From: Lama guanicoe
Taxonomy: Eukaryota
Direction of reading: 5' to 3'
NCBI GenBank assembly: GCA_013239625.1
Contig: MU054323.1
Coordinates: 9,703,186 to 9,767,185, forward strand
DNA: 64,000 bases
The notes beneath the pieces were generated by a model that was not told the DNA's origin, did not search any database, and was given only the letters and a program-made list of their open reading frames with translations. Shown one piece after another: positions 26,801 to 39,400 of the stretch. How positions within the stretch are numbered: position 1 is the first letter of the stretch; the number at the start of each line of letters is the position of its first letter. The position numbers and the translations under genes were made by a program.

Positions 26801-29800
26801 CTTCAGAAAGACCAACAGGAAACCACCCCTCCCTCCAACACACGTATCAGCCTATCGCCACATAGATATGCACACATCAATGCGGACATACATGAGTGCA
26901 CATGTATCTGTGTGTTTCCTTTCTGTCTGCTACACATTTAGGAGACAGGAATGGCCCGTTTCCGTTGCCCCATTAGCAAACTGCAATGTGCTTTCAAAGC
27001 AAATCTCTCCATCTTTCCCACATTTCACCAGCCCCAAAGATTTCCCCTAACCTTTGCACACTAGTTAATGTTCATAGAATTCACTGGATCACAAATTATG
27101 GCAGCAAGAATACAGTGATTGACTGTCATCATCAGGAGCTAAAATAAACCCTTCAGAGTTGAAGGGAGGAGGTCTTATTTTCCATTTTGTTGCCTTTTTT
27201 ACCCAGAGCCTGATTTCTCTGAGAAGAGGTCATTTGCAAGTTCTCAGGCTCGGCCCTGTGGATGTGTGTAATCGGTGCAGCTGGCTTTGTGATTTGATAT
27301 TGTTCTTCTAACCACATAGCCTTGGGCCCACCCTAGACCTACTAAATCAGACACTCTGAGGGTGGTGACCAACCATCTGCATTTTAACGAGCTCTCCAGA
27401 TGATTCTGATGCATGCTCAAATTTGAAGACCACTGATCTCTGTATTTTGCATACACACATTAACAACTATGTATACGTGTTAGTTTGCATGCTGTCCTAG
27501 GGAAGAGGCTGGGACTTTTACTTTTCCAATGAGAACAGATCCTCAGTGGGACTGGCAGTTCCCCCATCTGCAGACTGCACGGAAGTCAGGTAGACAAGAA
27601 GTCTCCATGGAAGGAGACAAGACCTGGAGATTGAATATGGTGTCCACTGAGTGTGAACACAGCTTCCCATGCAGGTGTAATTATACAACGTGATTTGGAT
27701 GGTGACAGGTGAAATGGGCTAAATGTGGTCTAGTGATGTCAAAAGAATCTTGTTCTCCGCATTTCACTGCACATTTTATAAAGTGACTTGGCAGAGAAGG
27801 GCTGTTGAGAGAGCCTCTCTGCAGACGGGTTTCAGTTTATCAGTCTTAAGCCACTGGCCCACCAGGATGATGGGCTTCCTTCCCTCTGGAGTAACGGGCC
27901 ACCCCCTGCTACAAATGCTCTATTAGACCTCTTCCAAGCCAGAAAGCTAAGTGACAAGTTGGTGCAGCATTGCACCTTAGAGACCATGGGAAGGCACATC
28001 TGAGGAAAGATGGAGCTAAATCAAAGTCAGAGTGAGTGTGGGGTGCGGGGGCAGGGCAACATATGGCATAAGGAATTTAAGTGGTTCCCAGAACACACTT
28101 GGATTCATGTCCTTATGGGTGTAAGGTAAGGGGGTCAGTAAATGTAGGACAGGTGTATGTAAGCAAGTAAATATAGATTCGTACATGTATGTGTGTATGT
28201 ATGCGTGTCTATATGGTAATATTCATTTTAATCTCCTACCTTGCTAGCCAGGCATAAAAGGCCCGTGGCCCTAATGTGCCTTTCCAATGTTATTTTTTGT
28301 TAGTCTCCTTCACATGTTCGTCACTTAAGTCAAACTGTTTGACTATCTGGAGGTTTTGTAGTTGTTGCTTTTGGGTTTTTAGACTTTCTTTTTTTAATTG
28401 AAGCACAGTTGACTTATAATGTTGTGTTAGTTTCAGGTGTACAGCAAAGGAATTCAGTTAGACATATACATATTTATGTTCCTTTTCAGATTCTTTTCCA
28501 TTATAGGTTATTGCAAGATACTGAATATAGTTCCCTATGCTGTACAGTAGGACCTTGTGGTTTATCTGTTTTATGTAGAGTGGTGTGTATCTGTTAATCC
28601 CAAACTCCTAATTTATCCCTCCCCCTCCTCCTTTGGTAACCATGGTTTGTTTTCTATGTCTGTGAGTCTATTTCTGGTTTGTAAATAAGTTCATTTGTAT
28701 CATTATTTTTAGATTCCACATAGAAGCAATATCATATCTGTTCCTCACGGACGTCACACACTTTACTGCATCTCCCTTCCTGCTTCTCTCTCCTTCACCC
28801 TATCTTGCTCTCCCTCATCCATATCTCCTCTATCCTGAGTTCAAACTTTCTTCATGAAACCTGCTCTGAACCACCCCACAACACACACCCTGGGGGTTAG
28901 ACATCCCTCCAGCTCCAGAACCTCTTATCACTTTATGCCTCTCATCATGTTTACCAGCCTATAAATGATTATAACTATGGATATTTTTCATTCCCTGCTT
29001 CTCCTGTGAGCTTCCCAAGGGCATTCTCCATTTCTGACCACTGTCTCATCCCCAGAGCGCCCAGCCACTGCTTGGTGGCCAATACATTTGTCGTCCAAAT
29101 AAACAGCCGCTTGGCTGCATCAGAGTGCATGTTTACACTCAAGAGATGAAACAGGAGAGTCAGGCTGTGGAAGACAGTTTGGGGTTTCCTCAAAAAGTTA
29201 CAGATAAGATTATCCCCTGGCCCACCAAATTCCACTCGTTGGTACCTACCCCAGATAATTCAGGGGGAAGGTGTAGCTCAGTGGTAGAACGTGTGCCTAG
29301 CATGCATGAGGTCCTGGGCTCAATCCCCAGTACTGCCATTAAATTAAATAAATAAACCTAATTACCAACACCCCCTCCAAAAAAACCCCAACTAATTCAA
29401 AATAGGCACTCAAAGATTTGTAGGTGAATGTTCATAGCAGCACTATACACAGTAGCCAAAAGATGGCACCAACCCAAATGTCCATCAACAGATAAAGACA
29501 GATGAACAGAATGCGGTCCATCCATAAAATAGAATATCATTCAGCCATAAAACAGAATGACACACTGGCACCTGCTACACGGTGAACCTTGAAAGCACTA
29601 TGCAAAGTGGAGGATGCCAGACACAAAGGTCACATGCTGTATGATTCCATCTATATGAGCTATCCACAATGGGCAAAGCCACAGACAGAAAGCAGATCGT
29701 GGTTGTCACGGGCTCAGGGCGGGTGTAGGGGGTGGGGTGAGAAGTGACTGCTTAGTGGGTACAGGTCTCGTTTGGGGGTAATGAAAACGTTTGGGAACTA

Positions 29801-32800
29801 GAGAGAGGTTACGGCGGCACAACATGGAGAATGTACTAAATGCCACTGAACTGTTGGCTTTAAAATGGTTCATTTTGTATTATGTGAATTTCACCTTGAT
29901 TTTTTTTTCAAAAAGAGTCAGTCATATAAAGGCATTCCCCCTTTCACTTCAGAAAAACTGAGCTGATTTTTTTTTCTAATAAGATGAAAGACTATTTTAT
30001 CCCAAATATCAACAGAGCCTAGAATAGATGAAGTCTAGGTTTCACCTCCTCCGCGGTCCCCTCCACACTCCCTGACCACATTGCCAGGGGCTGCTTCGCG
30101 TCCTGAGGGTAACCGCTCAGCTGTGGCATCGGGCTCACCCAGCGCCAGCAGGGCTACCCCCTGGCTCCCCAAGCCCTGTGTCCGGGCGCCCCAGGGAGAG
30201 GCGGCAGACAGGCCGCACAGCCACTACCGCTGAGCTTTAGGATAAGGATGGGCTCTCAGTATCTTCGTCCAAGCCGAACTGCTGCTAAAAACAGACTGTC
30301 TCAGTTTTCCTGAAGACGCTCCTTCATCTTCAGAGGAGATGGGAAGTCCATCTTCCGTTCATCTGTGCTCTCATTCTCAGTCCACAGGCTGAAGCTGGCA
30401 GACATCAAGGTCATCGGGGCTCTCGGCGATTCTCTTACGGTGAGTTACTGCCGGTGGGAGGAAGGGGCAGGAGAGAAGATTAACTAACTCTGACTAACAG
30501 GAGAAACTTACTCCTAGCTCTTAAGCGTTGCCGTCTTGGTCCTGACCTCAGCCCCTCTCCACTTCCCTGCCCACCCCAGAATCCACCATTCTCTGCCTGT
30601 CATGTTTTCCTAGCTCCATTCTAACCTCATCCTTCCTCTCCCAACACTGGAATGGGAGAGACAGAAGGAAGGGAGGGGACCTCAAAGGGAACACCCGTGA
30701 TGGAAGTGACCCAAATCGCACAGCTTGTCAGTAGTGGGGCCGAGATGGACCAGGTCTCCCACCCACAGCACGGGGCTCCCTCAAACACCCGGTGCTTCAC
30801 TTTGTCCTATAGGAAAGGGGCAAAGGGATGATGGGACAGAAACAAGTTCTTAAGCGGGGGATGAGGAGGGGAAGGGCAAGGGTGAGAAAACAGGTCAGTG
30901 GAAGAGGTTGGAGGTACTAAAGATGACCCCAGCCCAGTCTGCAGCTGCTCCGGGGTGACCTTCCAGGCCCTGCAAAGGGCTATCCAGGAAAAGCAGAATC
31001 AGGCCTTTAGATCACCGAGGTGAGGGTGGGGGAGGTCCCTGAGGCTCCCAGACTCTGTTCAACAGCAACTCATTGCAGACAAGTCCAGCTGCTGTTCTTG
31101 GGGTCAGTAGAATCCAGGGCTTCCAACTGAATCTTCTCCCAAATACCAGCTGATAACTTTCAAGTTTGTGGCCTGTTCACATTGCTATTACCTCACTCAG
31201 TATCTTCAACAAAACCCTGGTACCTGGGACTCCTTAAACTTAATCAGTAAGAGGGTGATGCTGGAGGAGGTGAAGTGGGCACATAGTGCTGGATGCGGAT
31301 CGAATGGGTGGGTCCTGGCCCTGCATCCAGAATTCTGTCCCTGTCCCAGAGCTGTCTCCCCCATGAGCCCTCAGCAACTTATCCCACGGGCCCTGCTGCT
31401 CACAACCTTCTGGGGAGGACGGGTAGGCAGGCTTGGCATTGCTCATCCCAACCCCTTCCTGCGGAGTCTGGCCTGAGCTGGCCTCCCCATCACCCCCGGT
31501 CTCCTTGAAGATGCTCTTGGGATAAGGAGTCGTCAAGAATCAGCACAGCTATTCAGGACTTCCAGGGAGCCAGCACTCTGAACTTGACGTTCCTGGCAGG
31601 TGGCAGAGGAATTGCGCGCCAGAGCAGGGATCACACCCTGGGCGGGGCGGCTCTTGTGGAGGCCAGCCTTCCCCACAGGCTGCCTGGGAGGCTATCCCGG
31701 GGCAGGACCTTCTGAGCAGGAATGGCTCTGCTCAGAAACCGCAAGCTCCAGGCAGGGGACGGGCACCTGCAGAGTGTGTCCAGATTGAGGTTTTAAAGGA
31801 TCCTGCCTTTTCTTTAGCTGAGGAGTATGTACATGGCATTTCATGTTCATTTTTTAAATTGTACATATTTGTGATGTGTTCATATAAAAGGATGACAGTA
31901 TACTTTTATGAGAGCATTCACAACTTCTGAAAACTGAGGGAAATGGGACGCTGAAATGTGTCCTTTGGAAAACTGTACACTGCGGTCTAATTCTCAGAGC
32001 ACCTTTGCCAGCCTAGGGTCACTTGGTCTTGGTCTGGGCAGGGCTCCACAGGGAGAGGCCGAGCGTGGACTGCCCTGGGACTCCTCGCGGGAGTTCACAC
32101 TCACTTCTGGTGAGCAGGATGCACGGCGAGACATGGTGCTGTCACGACTCTGGATTCTGAAGCATCAGGCATCTGGGCTCGGCCAGAACAAGGTCTCAGA
32201 CCTTCTGGCCAGAGGGCAGGGAAACTCACCCCCTTGTTGTTCCCTTTCAGGCAGGTAATGGGGCCGGCTCCAAGCCTGGGAATGTCCTGGACGTCTTGAC
32301 TCAGTATCGAGGTCTGTCCTGGAGGTGAGTGAGGGCATGGCAGGACCCTAAAGATGCCTTATCGCAGAGCAGGGGAGGGCCCATGACTGTTGTAGAGAAC
32401 GATTCCTCTGGCAGAGGGATGAGTCACAGGTGCTCTTCCATGAGAAATTTCTAGGTTTAATTTAAGGAAGGTATTTGCCAGCTTTGCCAAACCACTGCAT
32501 TTCCCCAAACAAGCTAGGACCTGAGCAGGAGGAGTGTAGGAGAGAAACTACTCAAATGTTTGGATTGGGAAAGCGTTGGTTCTATTTCTCTCTCTGGGTA
32601 GTAATCTCAGAAGGAGGCAGAGTCAAGTCTGAGCCTCAGCTGCCCGGCTCTGCGTGACCTCGGGCAAGTTACTCAGACTCTCTGAGCTGGTCTCCTCATC
32701 TGATGCAAAGACACTAATATTGCCTTAGCACTGTCTGAAGGCTTAGAGAGAAATTTAAGTACCCAGCACAGTGCCTGACACAAAGCTAGGTATAAATGGT

Positions 32801-35800
32801 AGCTGGGATCATTATTAAAGGGCCTTCATTTTACAGATGAGGAAGCGTGGCTCAGAGAGGGCAAGTAACCTGCCCAAGATCACACGGCCAAATGGTAAAA
32901 GAGTAAGAAGTGGAGTGGATGGCTCCTGACCCCTAATCAGGCACATTCCCCCATCATGTATAACTTCGTGCTGACTGGTTCCTGCTCCGCCTGTGATGAA
33001 ATCCAGGCCACCACAAGCTGCACTAAGCCGCCCTCCTGCTTTATCTCTGGGCTTTGAAAGCCCAGCTCGTGCCAAGCATGAGAGAGCAGGTCTGGTGCTT
33101 CCTCAGCCTCTGAGGGAACCGGCCTCTCTGGCACCAGCTTGAACCTGGGTGTTGAATCCCTGGCATCCTCCCTGGTGATGCCGCACAGGGTTAAACCCCA
33201 GACGTTCTGAGAGCCTTTGAAATGTTCCCAGACTTACTTGGCAGAGAATGAGATGTGGAAAAGCAGGGAATCCAGTCAACTCTGGAATGCTGCAGATTTT
33301 CATGCCTATAAATCCATCCAACTTTGATTTCCTTGGAATTTCAGAAGTGGCTCAGAAATGGGCTGCTCTCTAGAAGATAAGGGTTTTCTCTAAGCCAGAC
33401 AGGAAGAGAATGATGGGGGCAAACTTTTTAAACAGTGTTTTCAACGATAATAATAACGCACAGCTAGTAGGGCAGGACTGGGCTCTGCTTCCAAGGAAGG
33501 GCCACTTTGCCTTTGGAAGACCCTGCCTCAAGGTCAAAGCTCAAGGTTAAAAACCAAACAAGTCAGCCATGACAGTTTAAATCAGTTTTTTGTTTGGATG
33601 TTCTGGTTTCTGGGGCAAGGAGAGAGGAGTTGCTGTATTCTGGTTTGGTTTTTTGTTTTTGTTTTTGTTTTTGTTTTTTTTTCAGTTTTTCTCCAGAAAT
33701 AAGGAGGAAAGGGCAAATCACTGCCCTCAACCCTCCCCACCCAGGATGTTTCTCAGAAGGAGAAAGATCTGTCTTGGCCGTGTCTGTGGTGTTTCAGCAT
33801 CGCTGGCTGTTTTAACCTTCCTTTTCTTTTCTGTCCCCACCATGCAGCGCCGGCGGCGACCAGAACCTCAGCAGCGTCATCACCCTGCCAAGTGAGTACG
33901 CGCTCTCTGGGGTTCAGGGCGGGCTCGCTCGTCCTGCGCGTTTCTGCAGCTCCCCCTGGCGGCGGCCGCGAGCTTGGCCGGGACTCGGCGGCAGGAGCCA
34001 GCCGCGTTCGGCAGGGGGCGCTGATTCCCCGAGCGGTCACCCTGCTCTGTTCCTTGAAAGTGATTTAAGCCTTGGAGATTTTTTATTTTTATTTATTTAT
34101 TTTTTTAAGGAGAAATTGTATTTGTCCAAGGAAAAGAAGAGAGTAAGAGGAAAAGAATGCTCAGGCCAATTCTTAGTGCAAGTGATTATTAAGAAATGAT
34201 TGAGGAAGGAAGCAAAGGAAACCCATCTCTGCCTTGCTTGTCATTCTGAACAGAGCACCCCTCTGGGAGGCGTTGATCTAGGCTGGGGCTACAATTGACG
34301 CCACTGCATACAAAGGCGTTGATTTCCTGTGTGTTGTCTTAGGAAACGCTGCTATCACCTTGTTCAGGCTGTACAAAGATCGCCATATTTGAGGTGCAAC
34401 ATTTTCCTTAAATTACTTCACCAATAACGTGCTTGGAATGATTTGTTTTAAGCCTGACTACCTTCTCTATATGGTCTTATTTTAGTCATCCTTTTATGCT
34501 CCTTAGTGCAAACACAGTGCTTGTTCTTAAAGTGCATATACAACAGATGTTACAGTTGAAATTCTCTTCCCTTAGAATCTTCTGGTTATTCATTTTGCCT
34601 GAGAGGAATTCAATCGGTTCCATTCTTATTTACTTTTCTTGTAATTATCTAATTATCCCTTGGCAATATATCTTTAGCAGCTAAGAAATTATTTGAGCTT
34701 TAAGTCACCAAGACCTTGATGATAGAGGGGACTTGATCTCACATGGGCAGAACTGACTGCACTTCACACGTGTTATCTGTTCTTGCTGTTTGCAAATCCT
34801 GTTGAATTTGAGTAGGCACAGTTCTGTGGCACAAGTAAACCCTGTCTTCTTTATTTTTAAGTCCACACACAAGAGCGGTAGATAAGCCCCGCTATCGCGA
34901 AGCGGTGGTTTGGGTTGCTTTTGTGAATTTAATTGACTGGGCCGTGAGCTGGGCCCGCATATACTGGGCTCTCTGATTCCATGCTCTTGTGATGGATAGC
35001 ACGGTTGGAAATCATCTGACTCAAACTTTCCACAACATTTCAGTAAAGTGACTCGTAAAAGATCGAGACAGTGTCATCCCTTTGGTGGACTCCCCTGACA
35101 CGCTTAGCCGAGAAACAGAACATGTCCTTACTAGAGCTGTGGAGATAGATTGATTGTTGGGACTGGATAATCCACGGGGAAGTAATCACGTGGAAATGTG
35201 TTGGAAAACTTATGAGAACATAGGTTCAGAACAGAATGTCAGTTCAGCTCCCTATTCAATGGAGTCCAGCAAGTACTCCAATGCTGGGTGCTTGGAAAAC
35301 AGGAAAATGAAGCAAATGACCCTGCCTTTGGAAAGGGGACTTTAACAACTGGACTTCGTCAGGGAAGGAAAGGGAATGGGGCGTTCCTGGCAGAGGGAAC
35401 TGCGTGCACCAGCAAGTTCTTGCCCTGTCCAGTGAGCAGTGCCTTTCTATGACATTCCTGAGAAGTACCTAGCCTGCCGGTGCTGGACTCTGCCAGCAAT
35501 TAGGGAGTCCAGGACAATCCCTTCCATTGTCAGATGGCGCTAGTGATTTCACTGCTCTTCCTCCTTTCAAATAGAAATCAGAGTAATTTCCATTCATTGC
35601 TACAGTGTCCCCAAAGCCACAAGGAATGAGTTCAATCCATCTGTGTCGTGTCTGCCCTGCAGGAGTGCTCAGTTCTAGAGAGTGCTCTGCTGGACAGCAT
35701 GATGCCTGAAAGTCCTGACTGACAGCCAGCCGGTTCCTTTCCCACACCCTAGCAGCCCGTAGGTCCAGGGAAAGCACCCTGTCCCGGAGCCAAGAGATCC

Positions 35801-36350
35801 GTGTTCTAGAGTGGGGTTCCATTCTCAGTAACCATGTGACTTTTAACAATTCTCCTAGCCTTTCTCAACTTTGAGTTATTCTTTTCTTTTTAAATTGACA
35901 TGTAGTTGATTTACAATGTTGTGTTCCTGGTGTACAGCATAGTGATTCATTTATACACATAGCTATATTTTTTGCATATTCTTTTTCATGATAGGTTATT
36001 ACAAGTTACTGAATACAGTTCCCTGTGCTATACAGTAGGACCTTGTTGTTGTCTATTCTGTTTATAGTAGTTTGTGTCTGCTAATCCCAAACTCCCAATT
36101 TATCCCTTCCCCTCCTTTCCGCTTTGGTAGCCATAAGTTTCTTTTCTGTGTCTGTCTCTTTTTGTTTTCTAAATAAGTTCATGTAATTTTTTTAAGATTC
36201 CACATACAAGTAATAATATTTGTCTTTCTTTGTCTGACTTTTTTCACTTAGTATGATAATCTCTAGGTCATCCACATTGCTGCAAATGGCATTATTTAAT
36301 TCTTTTTTATGGCTGAGTAGTATTCTGTTATATATGTGTGTGTGTTCTCT

Positions 36351-36420
<70 letters not shown>

Positions 36421-39400
36421 TACACAGACACCACATCTTCTGTATCAAGTCACCTGTCCGTGGACATTTAGGTTGCTCTCATGTCTTGGCTATTGTGAGT
36501 TATTCTTAATTTAGTCCATAAACGTATATTGAGCACTTGTGAGCCTCCAGGATGTATACAGACCCTGCTCTCCAGAGTTCTCAGCCAAGTTTGGGAGATG
36601 GAAAAATGAAAAGTATAGATCCAATGTGGTAAAAGCATTAGGACGTATAAGACTGAAAAGTCGAACAAAATCAGCAAGTGGTTAGACTGACCAGGGTGGA
36701 CGAGGGGAAGAGCCCCTAAAAATCAGAAATGAAAGAGGAGACATTAGCACAGAAATAAAAAGGGTTATGAGAGAATACTTTGAACAATCATAACAACTGT
36801 ATGACAATCAGTTAGATAGCTTAGATGAAATGGACAAATTCCTAGAAAGATATACAGATGCTGGAACTAATTCAAGAAAAAAAAATAGAAATAAAAAGTC
36901 TTAATAGATGTATAACAAGTGAAGAGATTGAATTGGTAATTTAAAACTTCCTATCCAAAGAAAGCTCAGAGTTTTCTGGTTTCACTGGCGAATTCCATCA
37001 AACATTTAAAGAAGAATTAATTTCAGTTCTTCCCAAATTCCTCTCAAAAGTAGAAAAGGAAGGAATCCTTCCAAATTGATTCTGTGGGGCCAGTATTATC
37101 CTAATATCAAAATAAGAAAAAAGCCATCACAAGGAAAGAAAGCAGGACACTATCTCGTTTGACTATTGATGTAAGAATCCTCAAAAAAACACTGGCACAC
37201 TGAATGCAGCAATGTACAGAAAGGACTATGCTCCGTGACCAGAAGGGGTTTATCCCACACCTGCAAAGTTCATTTAAAATCCAAAAATGTGGTGCATCCA
37301 TCCAACGGAACATTATTTGTCAATAAAAAGGGGCAAAATACTGACACCTGCTTATAACATAGATGAACATTGATAACATGCTAAGTGGAGGAAGCCAGTC
37401 ACAAAAGACATACTGTATTATATGATTCCACTTACATGAGCATCCAGAATCAGCAAACCTGTAGCGATAGAAAGGAGATTACTGGTTGCTATGGGGCTGG
37501 AAGAAATGACTGCTAATGGGTTCAAGGTTTCTTTCTGAGGTGATGAAATTGTTCTAAACTTCATTGGGGTGACAGTTGTACAACTGCATGAATGCACTAA
37601 AAACTATTGAATTATACTTTAAACTGGTGAATTTTATGGTAGATGAGTTATATCTCAATAAAGCAATTATATATTTAGAAAAAAAGAAAAACGTACGCGA
37701 GCAGCCCCTGAGCCAGACTGGCGTTTACTCAGCAGTAGTTCATTGAGCACCTCTGTGTGCTGCCCCCGTGGCTGAGCGCCAGCCTACCGGACGTTTTATT
37801 TTGGTGCCGAGTGAACAGTAATGGGGAGGGCTGTGGGGGTGGGGTCTGCCTTGTCTCCACAGGAATTTAAAGTAGGCCTTGGAGGAGTGACTACATGTCT
37901 CTTCCTTGTGTTTCCAGACATTCTCCGGGAGTTCAACCCTTCTCTGAAGGGCTTCTCTGTTGGCACCGGGAAAGAAAGCAGTCCCAGAGCCTTCCTGAAC
38001 CAGGCCGTGGCAGGAGCCCGAGCTGAGTGAGCGCGGGAGCCTGGGGGGCGTGAACCGCACAGGTCCTCCGGGAACCTGGTTAGGGGCTTGGCCTCGACTT
38101 GGGGTGTGTGGCTGAAGGCTGGGGGCTTGGTGTGAGGGAGGGGCCTGGGGGTCAAAGATGGGACTGGGTGCCCCCTTGCTGTGGGTCACAGACACCTGCT
38201 AGCCCCCCCCCCAGGAACTAGTCACAGTTAATTCGGATGCCAGGTACGTGCTCTGAGCAAATTTCTTTGCCTCACCTAGGAATCCCGTGTTCACACAAGA
38301 CAGCGGTCATAAGAGGACTCACCCTGAGTCCCAGTTCTTATCACTGTTAACGCTCTTTCATGTCCTCTTCTCTCTTTCTCAGATTTGCTTTTCGGGCAGC
38401 TTTTTCAGGCTCTAAACTTTGCGCCCTTCTCGGTTAGCAGGAAGAGCACCAGTCCTGGGGGCAGGGGATACAGGGGACATGAATCTGAGCCTCCCCTGGC
38501 CTCTTTAAGCCTGAGCCTCTAAGAGATGGGGCTGAACCTCTCCCACGGGGCGGCTGTGAGGCTCAGTGCCATGCTGAAAGTGAACGTTCTGGTGAGCTGT
38601 GAATAGTGCAGACATGCCGGGTCAGGACAGTGGTCCCGGCAACAGTGCAGCAGGGCTGCAGGACCCACCTGGGGAAAACTGTCAGAGAGCAAGGGGACCA
38701 CCGAATCGTGGTCTGTGGGCACTGGATGGAGGATTCCAGAGAACAGGTTCGGCTTTCCTGGGTCCTCCATTTCTCTCTATGATCCCGGAGCCCTGAGTGC
38801 TTCTTTGGGTTTGCTAGCCGGTCAGAGAACCCGTGAGTGCCGTGTCCAGTCTTGGAAAGATAAATGGAAGGATCCTTTCTGCTTCTTAGTCCTACATTTC
38901 TGCTAGAATAATTACAAGCTTTACCGTGTTGTTCCTAGGGATTCCTGTGTGTTGGCTGCGAGATCCCCTGACATCATTCTCTTAGCTCTCAACACCATCC
39001 TGATCACGAGCCCCTGACCAAAGTCACTCATTCACGATGGGAAAGGTGGCAGATTATCTGAAGCAGAGATCATACAAAACCTAATAGGTTTTATAACGAA
39101 TTCTGTGGCTTCACTTTCCTTTTGGTGGGGGAGGGGTGAAAAGCTACTGACATACTGCTTAAAATTTGGGGCTTTCATTAATGTTACCAAAATCTTGCTT
39201 TTTTTCCAAACGTGTCAGCTGGTGGTGTAAGCGGAAAGGCAGCTCTGAGCACGATTAGGTCAGGAAGGTGTGCCAGAACGAAACCTTAGTTGAAAGCATA
39301 AAAGTAACCAAAACAGAGTATGACTCACGTGGTCCTGGATTTTTCCCTGCTTCCCCCGAGGCCTTGAGGCTCTTTCATGCAAGGAATCCACTTGTCCAAG

